Shown piece after piece: positions 1 through 6,736 of a stretch of 32,000 nucleotides of DNA. The notes under the pieces are model-generated. The model saw only the letters and a list, made by a program, of their open reading frames with translations, was not told the DNA's origin and ran no database searches. This stretch comes from Longivirga aurantiaca (GTDB taxonomy: Bacteria > Actinomycetota > Actinomycetes > S36-B12 > CAIYMF01). Numbering within the stretch: position 1 is the first letter of the stretch; each line of letters begins with the position of its first letter. A program made the position numbers and the translations under genes. The stretch is taken from NCBI RefSeq assembly GCF_042660085.1, contig NZ_JBHSTI010000008.1:1993590-2025589 (forward strand), read 5' to 3'.

Positions 1-1
1 C

Positions 2-214
2 TCCCCCGGCGACCTCCTGCTGCTGCACACGGACGGCGTCACCGAGGCGAGGCGTCACGGCGTCGAGTTCGGCGAGTCCCGGCTGCTCAAGCTGCTCTCG
101 GCCATGACCGACCCCCGGCCCGACGACACCGTCGAGCACGTGCTCGGGTCGGTGGACTGGTACCGCACCACCGCGCCCGATGACATGGCCGTTCTCGTGG
201 TCCGCGCGACCTAG
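2..214 (+). CDS. PP2C/SpoIIE-family serine phosphatase, C-terminal fragment (5' end outside window)
   Basis: Frame open from the window edge to TAG 212-214. Translation SPGDLLLLHTDGVTEARRHGVEFGESRLLKLL...APDDMAVLVVRAT matches the conserved C-terminal block of SpoIIE/RsbU-type PP2C phosphatases (TDG..E ... DD.a.lv.R). Strong GC3 bias. Confidence 0.7.
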   Translation, partial: SPGDLLLLHTDGVTEARRHGVEFGESRLLKLLSAMTDPRPDDTVEHVLGSVDWYRTTAPDDMAVLVVRAT

Positions 215-221
215 CCCGGCG

Positions 222-1109
222 TCAGCTCCCGCCCTCCGCGAGCGCCGTGGCCTCCGCGAGCGTGCGCTGCACCAGTCCGCCCGCCTCGACCTCCGTCCAG
301 CTGACCGGCGTCGCCGCCGTCGGCCGCTCCCTCCCCCGCAGCGACCACGGGACGATCGTCGTCTTGGCCGGGTTGTTCTGGCTCCAGTCGACGAGCACCT
401 TGCCGGGCCGCAGGTCGCGTGCCTGCCGGGTGACCACGAGGGCGGGCAGCGCCGCCTCGAGCCGCGCGGCGAGCGCGTGGGCGTAGTCGCTCTCCGAGCC
501 GGCGTCGTGCACCGCTTCCGCGCCGTCACCGAGATCGGCGTACAGCTGCATGCCCTTCGAGCCGCTGGTGACTGCGCGGGCGACGAGGCCGTCCGCGACC
601 AGCAGACCGCGGGTCGCCAGCGCCACCTCGGCGCACGCGTCGAGCCCGGCCGGCGCCCCGGGGTCGAGGTCGACGACCAGCCGGTCGGGCGCCAGCGGCT
701 CGCCCGTCGCGCGGTCGACGCGCCACTGCGGCGCGTGCAGCTCCAAGGCGCCCGACTGCGCGAGCCACACGAGCACCGCCTCGTCGTCGACGAGCGGGTA
801 GTCGAGGTCGCGCCCCTCGTGGCCGGACCGCTGACCCGTGTGGTGCTGCGTCATGCGCGGCACCCAGTCGGGCGCGCCGCGCGGGAGGTTCTTCTCGATG
901 AACGGCTTCTGCTCCACGCCGTCCGGCCAGCGCTTGCGCGTGACCGGCCGGTCGCGCATCTCGGGCAGGATCGACGGAGCGACGGCGAGGTAGTACTGCA
1001 GCACGTCCGCCTTGGTGGTCGCGGTTGCCGGGTACAGCACCTTGTCGAGGTTGGTGACCCGCACCTCCCGCCCGGCGACCGACAGCCACCCACCCTCGGC
1101 GCCGCTCAC
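222..1109 (-). CDS. ligD: NHEJ DNA polymerase/primase, stand-alone LigD polymerase domain (PolDom), 295 aa
   Basis: GTG start at 1109. Translation has the LigD-Pol hallmarks: VRVTNLDKVLYP, catalytic LVVDLDPG, TSGSKGMQLY, VLVDWSQNN. No ligase or phosphoesterase domain is fused. Divergent from ku with a 110-bp gap. Confidence 0.9.
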   Translation of the reverse strand: MSGAEGGWLSVAGREVRVTNLDKVLYPATATTKADVLQYYLAVAPSILPEMRDRPVTRKRWPDGVEQKPFIEKNLPRGAPDWVPRMTQHHTGQRSGHEGRDLDYPLVDDEAVLVWLAQSGALELHAPQWRVDRATGEPLAPDRLVVDLDPGAPAGLDACAEVALATRGLLVADGLVARAVTSGSKGMQLYADLGDGAEAVHDAGSESDYAHALAARLEAALPALVVTRQARDLRPGKVLVDWSQNNPAKTTIVPWSLRGRERPTAATPVSWTEVEAGGLVQRTLAEATALAEGGS

Positions 1110-1154
1110 ACGAGGACCTCGTCCGCAGTCTTCGACAGGCGCCGTTGCGCGCTG

Positions 1155-1179
1155 GTTTGGCTCCCGGTCATGGCGGGCA
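1155..1179 (+). promoter_or_regulatory. Candidate SigF/SigB-type promoter upstream of ku (GGTTTG-N16-GGGCAT)
   Basis: tGGTTTGgctcccggtcatggcGGGCAT: GTTT at 1155-1158 and GGGCA at 1175-1179, with a 16-nt spacer. The -10 element ends 41 nt upstream of the ku ATG, with the GGAGGA RBS in between. One mismatch (C for T) to GGGTA. Confidence 0.3.
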
Positions 1180-1219
1180 TCCTCTCCGATGGTGTACGTC
1201 CCGACGGAGGAGAACGACG

Positions 1220-2209
1220 ATGCAGTCGATGTGGAAGGGGTCCGTCTCGTTCGGGCTCGTCAACGTGCCGGTCAAGCTGTACGCCGCCACCGAGGACCAC
1301 GACGTGCGTTTCCACCAGGTCCACGCCGCCGACGGCGGCCGCGTGAAGATGGTGCGCACCTGCTCGGTCGACGGGCAACCCGTCGCCTACGCCGATCTCG
1401 CGAAGGCGTACGAGACCAGCAGCGGTGAGCTCGTGGTGATGGAGGAGCGCGACTTCGACGCCCTGCCGGTGCCGGGCAAGCGCGAGATCGACGTGCTCGA
1501 GTTCGTACCCTCGGACCAGGTCGACCCGGTGCTGTTCGACCGCAGCTACTACCTCGAGCCCGAGGCCCGGGCCCTCAAGCCATACGTCCTCCTGCGCGAG
1601 GCGCTGCGCACCACCGAGCGCACCGCCCTCGTGCGCGTGGTGCTGCGCCAGAAGGCCCAGCTCGCGGCGCTCCGCGTGCGCGACGACGTGATCCTCATGC
1701 AGACGATGCTGTGGCCGGACGAGGTGCGGCGTGCGACGTTCGATGTCCTGCACACCGACGCCGAGGTGCGCCCGCAGGAGCTCGCCATGGCGTCCTCGCT
1801 GATCGACAGCCTGTCGAGCGACTTCGACCCCGACGAGTACCACGATGACTACCGCGAGGCCCTCCTCGAGGTGATCGACCGCAAGGTCGCGGGCGGCGCC
1901 GGAGTGCCGGCCGACACCGCAACCGTCCCCGAGGACGAGGGCGACGCCATAGTGGTCGACCTCATGGCCGCGCTGCGCGAGTCGGTGAAGAGGACGAGCG
2001 CAGGCGAGGACGCCCGGGCCCAGAATCGTCCGGCGGGCCCTGCGACGAGGGCCGCCCCGAAGAAGGCCGCTGCCAAGAAGGCGGCGGCGAAGAAGGCTGT
2101 CGGCACGAAGTCTGCCGCGAGCAAGCCGACGCCGCGGAAGGCCGCTGGTCCCACCAAGGCGGCGGCGAAGAAGGCCGCTTCGAAGCCCGCGCGGAGGCGC
2201 AGCGCCTGA
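1220..2209 (+). CDS. ku: Ku protein (NHEJ DNA end-binding), 329 aa with Lys/Ala-rich C-terminal tail
   Basis: ATG 1220 preceded by GGAGGA (1207-1212). N-terminus MQSMWKGSVSFGLVNVPVKLYAAT is the canonical bacterial Ku start. The C-terminal ~60 aa are PKKAAAKKAAAKKAVGTK...AAAKKAASKPARRRSA. Confidence 0.95.
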   Translation: MQSMWKGSVSFGLVNVPVKLYAATEDHDVRFHQVHAADGGRVKMVRTCSVDGQPVAYADLAKAYETSSGELVVMEERDFDALPVPGKREIDVLEFVPSDQVDPVLFDRSYYLEPEARALKPYVLLREALRTTERTALVRVVLRQKAQLAALRVRDDVILMQTMLWPDEVRRATFDVLHTDAEVRPQELAMASSLIDSLSSDFDPDEYHDDYREALLEVIDRKVAGGAGVPADTATVPEDEGDAIVVDLMAALRESVKRTSAGEDARAQNRPAGPATRAAPKKAAAKKAAAKKAVGTKSAASKPTPRKAAGPTKAAAKKAASKPARRRSA

Positions 2210-2267
2210 CGGGCGGGGCAGTGCGGGACAGCGGCGCATCGGTGTGCTGGCCTCCCCCGGGGCGAGT

Positions 2268-2303
2268 GGTGCCCGGGACGGGAGGGGTCTCGTCCCGGGC
2301 ACC
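2268..2303. terminator. Bidirectional hairpin between convergent ku and hemerythrin genes
   Basis: Perfect 13-bp inverted repeat ggtgcccgggacg (2268-2280) / cgtcccgggcacc (2291-2303) with a 10-nt loop. It lies in the 146-bp convergent gap. There is no U-tract. Confidence 0.5.
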
Positions 2304-2355
2304 TCCGAACTACCCGGCGGCCCAAGCGGCAAACCTGGGACGTCGGGGAGCGTGG

Positions 2356-2772
2356 TCAGCGCGCGGCCTCGGGGCTGCCGCTCATCCGCTGCCCCAGCTC
2401 CTGCAGGTCCTTGCGCCCGAACGCCTCGCGCACCGCGGGGAAGAGCTCGCTCTCCTCCTCCTCGATGTGGTGCTTCACGTTCTCGATGAGCACCGTGGCC
2501 TTGGCCCGGTAGGTCTCCGCGCCGGGGTCCATCGCCCGCAGCTCGCCGATGAGCATGTGCACCACGTGGTGCTCCTCGATCGACTCCAGCACGAGGTCGC
2601 GGCCGGGGATGACGTCCTTGACCTCGGGGTAGAAGTAGGTCTCCTCGATCGCAGCGTGGCGGTCGAGCTCGTCGCAGATCGTGGGCACGACCGACGTCTC
2701 GCCCTTGTCGAACCGGGTGAAGAGCTTCTTCACGGCTGCGTGGTCCTCGCGCAGCATGACGATGGCGTCCAT
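2356..2772 (-). CDS. Hemerythrin (HHE cation-binding) domain protein, 138 aa
   Basis: ATG 2772 preceded by an AGGAGA-type RBS (minus-strand reading caggagaccaccATG). Translation MDAIVMLREDHAAVKKLF...HAAIEETYFYPE...EEHHVVH...VKHHIEEEESELFP carries the His/Glu di-iron ligand pattern of hemerythrin-like proteins. Confidence 0.85.
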   Translation of the reverse strand: MDAIVMLREDHAAVKKLFTRFDKGETSVVPTICDELDRHAAIEETYFYPEVKDVIPGRDLVLESIEEHHVVHMLIGELRAMDPGAETYRAKATVLIENVKHHIEEEESELFPAVREAFGRKDLQELGQRMSGSPEAAR

Positions 2773-2816
2773 GGTGGTCTCCTGTCGTGGCGGTGCGGGT
2801 TCGCACCGGTCCCGAC

Positions 2817-2840
2817 TACCCCCGCGGCGCACGGCGAAAC
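2817..2840 (-). promoter_or_regulatory. SigF/SigB-type promoter, exact GTTT-N15-GGGTA, upstream of the hemerythrin gene
   Basis: Minus strand reads cGTTTCgccgtgcgccgcggGGGTAGt. GTTT is at 2840-2837 and GGGTA at 2821-2817, with a 15-nt spacer. The -10 element ends 45 nt upstream of ATG 2772, inside the 81-bp gap after the helicase stop codon. Confidence 0.55.
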
Positions 2841-2853
2841 GCGCAGGGACCGG

Positions 2854-4965
2854 TCACGGCAGCTGGTGCGCCACGAAGGGGGTGACGCTGCGCGCCCCGG
2901 CCTCGCGGAGCAGAGCCCCGGCGAGCGTGGCGGTCCAGCCCGTGCGCCAGGTCTCGTCGACGAGCAGCATCGGGCCCTCAGGCACCTCGGCGCCCGGGGC
3001 GAGCGAGATGCGTGCTGCCTGCGCGCACGCGCGCCCGGCGGGCGAGAGGTCGGAGCCGGGCGGAGGCCCGTCCAGCACGATCGCGTCGAGGAGGGGGATG
3101 CCCACCCCGTGCGCGATGGTCACGGCGATCGAGTGCACGAGGCGCGGATGCCGCGAGCTCGGCACCGGCGCAACCGCCTCGAGCCGCTGCGGCAGCGACG
3201 GGAGCCAGCGGCCGAACGACCGCTCCAGTGCGGCGAGCAGCCAGTCAGGCGCCGGAGCATCGGGGGCCAGGGGCCCGGTGACCGTGGCCATCCGGTCCCA
3301 CGCCGGGTCGTCGGCGAAGGCGAGCGCGCGACCGGGCGAGAGGGCGAGCGACGGCGCGATCCGTCCGCGCCATGCGGGCCGTCCGCTCGCGGCGTCGATG
3401 CCGGAGGTGAACATCTTGCGCGGCTCGAGCGGCACGACGAGGTCGCGCAGCCAGGCGCGCGCCGCCTCGCGAGCCTCGGGGTCGGTGGTGGTCGGGAGCC
3501 CGGCCGGGAGCGTGCCCGTGCACACCGAGCAGCGGCCGCACCGTTCTCCCTGCTCGGTCGGGTCGTCGAGCGAGCGCCGCAGCAGCACCTCGAGGCAGTC
3601 CCCGCCGACGACGTACTCGCGCATGATGTCCGACTCGCGCCGGCGCACCGCGACGAGCGCGTCGTACTTCTCGTGGTCGTAGGTCCAGTCCTGGCCGGTC
3701 GCGGCCCACGACGTGCCCTCGCGCGACACCGCGCCGTCGACCGCGAGGACCTTCACGAGCAGCTCCACGCGGGTGCGGCGTACGCCGGTCGCGGCCTCGA
3801 GGGCGGGCACGCTCAACGCGCCCTGGTAGCGCAGGGCTGCGAGCACGGCGGCCGCCTCGTCGGGCCTCGGCACGCTGGCGGTGGCGAACCACTCCCACAG
3901 CCGCTCGTCCGAGTCGCCGGGCAGCAGCACCACGCTCGCCTCGGGCAGCGCGCGGCCGGCGCGGCCGACCTGCTGGTAGTAGTCGACGGGCGACGACGGC
4001 GAGCCCACGTGGATGCAGAACGCGAGGTCGGGCTTGTCGTAGCCCATGCCGAGGGCGGAGGTGGCGACGACGGCCTTCAGCTCGTTGACCTTGAGCGCAG
4101 CCTCGATCCGCGCGCGGTCCGCGGTCTCGGTCTTCCCGGAGTATGCCGCCACCGCGTGACCGCGCTCGGCGAGGAACCCGGCGAGGCGGTCGGCGTCCGC
4201 CACCGTGAGGCAGTAGACGATGCCCGACCCCGGCAGCTGCCGCAGCGCCTGGTCGGTCCACGCATAACGGTCGAACGACGACAGCCCGGCGAGCACGCCG
4301 AGGTGCAGCGACTCGCGCGCGAGCCGGCCGCGCTGGACGAACGTGTTGGCGCCGAGCTGGTCGGCGACGTCGGCCGTCACCCGCGAGTTGGCGGTGGCGG
4401 TCGTGGCCAGCACGGGGAGGTCCGGGTTGGCCAGCAGCAGACCGGCGATGCGCTGGTAGTCGGGGCGGAAGTCGTGGCCCCACGACGAGATGCAGTGGGC
4501 CTCGTCGATCACGAGGAGGCCGAGCTGCGGCAGCAGCACGTCGAGCACGGTCGCGGAGAAGCGCGGGTTGGCGAGGCGCTCGGGCGACACGAGCAGGACG
4601 TCGACCTGCCCCGCCATCAGTGCGCGCTCGACGTCGGGCCAGTCGTCGAGGTTGGAGGAGTTGAGCGTGGCCGCGGTGAGCCCTGCGCGCTGAGCGGCGA
4701 CGACCTGGTCGCCGATAAGCGAGAGCAGCGGCGACACCACGAGCACCGGGCCTCCCCCGGCGTCGCGGACGGCGCGCGCGGCGATCCAGTAGACGGCCGA
4801 CTTGCCCCATCCGGTGGCCTGGACGACGAGCGCGCGACGCCGCTCGAGCACGAGCGCCGACACCGCCGCGCGCTGGTCGTCGCGCACGATCGCGTCGGGC
4901 CCTGCGAGCGCGGTGATGACGCGCGCAGCCGCCGCGTCGAGCGCTGCCGCGGTCACGGCGGTCAC
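2854..4965 (-). CDS. RecQ-family ATP-dependent DNA helicase of the RqlH type (helicase core + tetracysteine cluster + C-terminal ComF/phosphoribosyltransferase-like module), 703 aa
   Basis: GTG 4965 overlaps the upstream gene's stop (GTGA). Helicase motifs are present: QATGWGKS, VIDEAHCISSWGHDFRPDY, TATA, YYQQVGRAGR. Cys cluster DCLEVLL...ERCGRCSVC. The C-terminus LLVDETWRTGWTATLAGALLREAGARSV resembles the PRTase/ComF PRPP-loop. No HRDC domain is evident. Confidence 0.88.
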   Translation of the reverse strand: MTAVTAAALDAAAARVITALAGPDAIVRDDQRAAVSALVLERRRALVVQATGWGKSAVYWIAARAVRDAGGGPVLVVSPLLSLIGDQVVAAQRAGLTAATLNSSNLDDWPDVERALMAGQVDVLLVSPERLANPRFSATVLDVLLPQLGLLVIDEAHCISSWGHDFRPDYQRIAGLLLANPDLPVLATTATANSRVTADVADQLGANTFVQRGRLARESLHLGVLAGLSSFDRYAWTDQALRQLPGSGIVYCLTVADADRLAGFLAERGHAVAAYSGKTETADRARIEAALKVNELKAVVATSALGMGYDKPDLAFCIHVGSPSSPVDYYQQVGRAGRALPEASVVLLPGDSDERLWEWFATASVPRPDEAAAVLAALRYQGALSVPALEAATGVRRTRVELLVKVLAVDGAVSREGTSWAATGQDWTYDHEKYDALVAVRRRESDIMREYVVGGDCLEVLLRRSLDDPTEQGERCGRCSVCTGTLPAGLPTTTDPEAREAARAWLRDLVVPLEPRKMFTSGIDAASGRPAWRGRIAPSLALSPGRALAFADDPAWDRMATVTGPLAPDAPAPDWLLAALERSFGRWLPSLPQRLEAVAPVPSSRHPRLVHSIAVTIAHGVGIPLLDAIVLDGPPPGSDLSPAGRACAQAARISLAPGAEVPEGPMLLVDETWRTGWTATLAGALLREAGARSVTPFVAHQLP

Positions 4966-5774
4966 GCGGGCACCGCGTCGAGGGAGTCGACGAGGGCGGC
5001 CAGGGCGGCACCGAGCCGGGCGACCTCGGCGGCCACCGGCTCGCCATCGCCGTCGAGGTACTGGTCGCGGCGGATCTCGACCATGAGCGACGACACCCGC
5101 CGGTCCTTCCCGTAGTGGCGCAGCGGCACGTACGTGCCGGCGAAGGGCTGGTCGACGGCGGTCTCCCACTCGCGGAACGCTTCGGCCGCGCGGTCACGAA
5201 GCCAGCCCGGGGTGTGCCGCTCGTCGAAGCCGAGGCACACGGCCGGGCGCGCGGCCTCGGGGTGGCGCTCGTAGGGCAGGACGTCGCGCGGGTAGGAGTG
5301 CACGTCCACCACCAGCGCACGTCCGTGCGCGTCGAGCCGCGCCGACACGAGGTCGGCGAGCGACTCGGCGTACGGCGTGAAGTAGCGCGCGAGGAGGTCT
5401 GCGCGATGGGCCGGGTCGGCGTCGCGCAGCGGCCCGAGCACCGACGTCGCGGTGTAGACCGCCCCCATGCCGATCGCGTCCATCTCCTCCGCGCCGGGCT
5501 CGGTGAACCGCTCGGGGTCGACGACGAGGCGCGAGAGCCGGTTGACGAACGACCACGGCCGGATGCGCGCCGCCGCCGCCGCGTGGGCCGCTACGACATC
5601 GGTGGACGCATCGGTCATCGCGCGCAGCTCGGCGGCGAGCGCGTCGTCGTCGAGCAGGATCCGTGCGCGGACGTCGGACGGGATGACGGTCGAGGCGTGC
5701 GGAACGTGCAGCACCACGGACGACGAGGCGTCACCGGGGACGACGTCGAACGAGGACTGCTGCGCGGAGGCCAT
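4962..5774 (-). CDS. N-formylglutamate amidohydrolase (FGase) family protein, 270 aa
   Basis: ATG 5774. Translation MASAQQSSFDVVPGDASSSVVLHVPHASTVIP...VVDVHSYP...SLMVEIRRDQY fits the FGase/HutG-like fold signature (h.PHaS..iP, hD.HS). The stop overlaps the helicase start. Confidence 0.75.
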   Translation of the reverse strand: MASAQQSSFDVVPGDASSSVVLHVPHASTVIPSDVRARILLDDDALAAELRAMTDASTDVVAAHAAAAARIRPWSFVNRLSRLVVDPERFTEPGAEEMDAIGMGAVYTATSVLGPLRDADPAHRADLLARYFTPYAESLADLVSARLDAHGRALVVDVHSYPRDVLPYERHPEAARPAVCLGFDERHTPGWLRDRAAEAFREWETAVDQPFAGTYVPLRHYGKDRRVSSLMVEIRRDQYLDGDGEPVAAEVARLGAALAALVDSLDAVPA

Positions 5775-5881
5775 GGGAGCGACCGTAGGCGACGGGTGCG
5801 ACGGCAGTGGGGCGGGGCGGCGCGCGCGGTCCGCGGCGGTGGGCCGCACGGACGCACGCCCGGACCTAGCATGACCACGAT

Positions 5882-5905
5882 GTTTGGCCCGCCTCCGAGG
5901 GGGTA
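5882..5905 (+). promoter_or_regulatory. SigF/SigB-type promoter, exact GTTT-N15-GGGTA, upstream of the rsbW-like/STAS operon
   Basis: tGTTTGgcccgcctccgaggGGGTACt: GTTT at 5882-5885 and GGGTA at 5901-5905, with a 15-nt spacer. The -10 element ends 44 nt upstream of GTG 5949, which has a GAAGGA RBS at 5938-5943. Confidence 0.55.
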
Positions 5906-5948
5906 CTGGCATCTCGTGAGGTGCGCTCGGACCAGCCGAAGGACTGTT

Positions 5949-6374
5949 GTGACGCAGAGGCGGAAGCCCGCCGCCACCGGTCGTGGTGGGGGCGCGGTGA
6001 CGCTCGTCCTCGACGAGGACGGGCGCGCGGTGTGGCGATCGACTCTGCGCAGCGCGCTCACGGAGGCCGCGTCGCCTGGCACGGTGGAAGACGCGATCAT
6101 CGTGGCGGGAGAGCTCGTGGCGAACGCGCTCGAGCACGGTCTCCCGCCGGCCACCCTCGAGGTGGTCGTCGAGCCTGCGGGCTCGGTGCTGGTGTCGGTG
6201 CTCGACCATGGCTCGGTCGTTCCGCTGTCACCGATGCCGATCTCGCTCGAGGCGGTGCGGGGGCGCGGGCTCCTGATCGTGGACTCCCTCACGACCGAGT
6301 GGGGCGTTCTCGAGAGCGCGAAGGGAAAGGCCGTCTGGGCACGGGTGGCCAGGGACGGCGAGGCAGGACCGTGA
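5949..6374 (+). CDS. Anti-sigma regulatory factor / RsbW-like serine kinase (HATPase_c), ~141 aa
   Basis: GHKL motifs are present: N-box AGELVANALEHG, G1 VLDHGS, G2 RGRGLLIVDSL. GTG 5949 is preferred, because it has an RBS, GC3 bias starts there, and the candidate promoter lies downstream of the alternative ATG 5871. Confidence 0.8.
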   Translation: MTQRRKPAATGRGGGAVTLVLDEDGRAVWRSTLRSALTEAASPGTVEDAIIVAGELVANALEHGLPPATLEVVVEPAGSVLVSVLDHGSVVPLSPMPISLEAVRGRGLLIVDSLTTEWGVLESAKGKAVWARVARDGEAGP

Positions 6375-6397
6375 AGACCAACGAGAGGCAGACCCCC

Positions 6398-6715
6398 ATG
6401 TCACCAGCACCCGTCGTGATCACGCTCGCGGGCGAGTACGACATCGCCAATGCACCCGAGCTGCTGGAGATCCTGACCAGCGGCGGACCCGAGGCGCCCG
6501 TCGTCGCCGACCTCCGGGACGTGACGTTCCTCGACTCCGCGGCGCTGTCGCAGCTCGTGCGCGCGAACTCCCAGCTCTCGGAGGCTGGCGGCTCGCTCAC
6601 GCTGGTGCTGCCGACCTCGGGGCCGGTCGCCAGGGTCATGTCGATCACGCAGCTGGACTCTGCCCTGACCACGACGGGCTCGGTCGAGCAGGCGCTCGCC
6701 GATCTCGGCGGCTGA
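6398..6715 (+). CDS. STAS-domain anti-sigma-factor antagonist (RsbV/SpoIIAA-like), 105 aa
   Basis: ATG 6398 lies 23 nt after the kinase stop. Translation VITLAGEYDIANAPELL...ADLRDVTFLDSAALSQLV has the STAS fold signature with a Ser at the usual phospho-acceptor position (FLDSAAL). Confidence 0.88.
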   Translation: MSPAPVVITLAGEYDIANAPELLEILTSGGPEAPVVADLRDVTFLDSAALSQLVRANSQLSEAGGSLTLVLPTSGPVARVMSITQLDSALTTTGSVEQALADLGG

Positions 6716-6736
6716 GGCGGTCGGCCGGGCTGCCGG

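Noticed and set aside
4962-4965. Repeated 4-nt GTGA stop/start overlaps (4962-4965, 7594-7597, 15746-15749, 23321-23324) as something unusual.
   Set aside because: Such overlaps are common for translational coupling in high-GC actinobacteria. They are useful for operon calls but not anomalous in themselves.
2221-5115. 964-aa plus-strand ORF antisense to the helicase. Similar giant ORFs occur at 15962-18991 (+, 1009 aa), 8776-11409 (-, 877 aa), 20937-24044 (+, 1035 aa), 3245-5320 (-, 691 aa) and 12757-14448 (+, 563 aa).
   Set aside because: Their Arg/Pro/Gly/Ala-dominated low-complexity translations are typical of stop-poor off-frames in roughly 72% GC DNA. Each overlaps a gene with unmistakable family motifs in another frame, and they lack the GC3 pattern of the real frames.
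5871-5948. Longer N-terminus (ATG 5871) for the RsbW-like kinase.
   Set aside because: Codons here lack GC3 bias (ttt, cct, cat, gct, cga, act, gtt), and the candidate promoter lies inside this stretch. GTG 5949 has a GAAGGA RBS.
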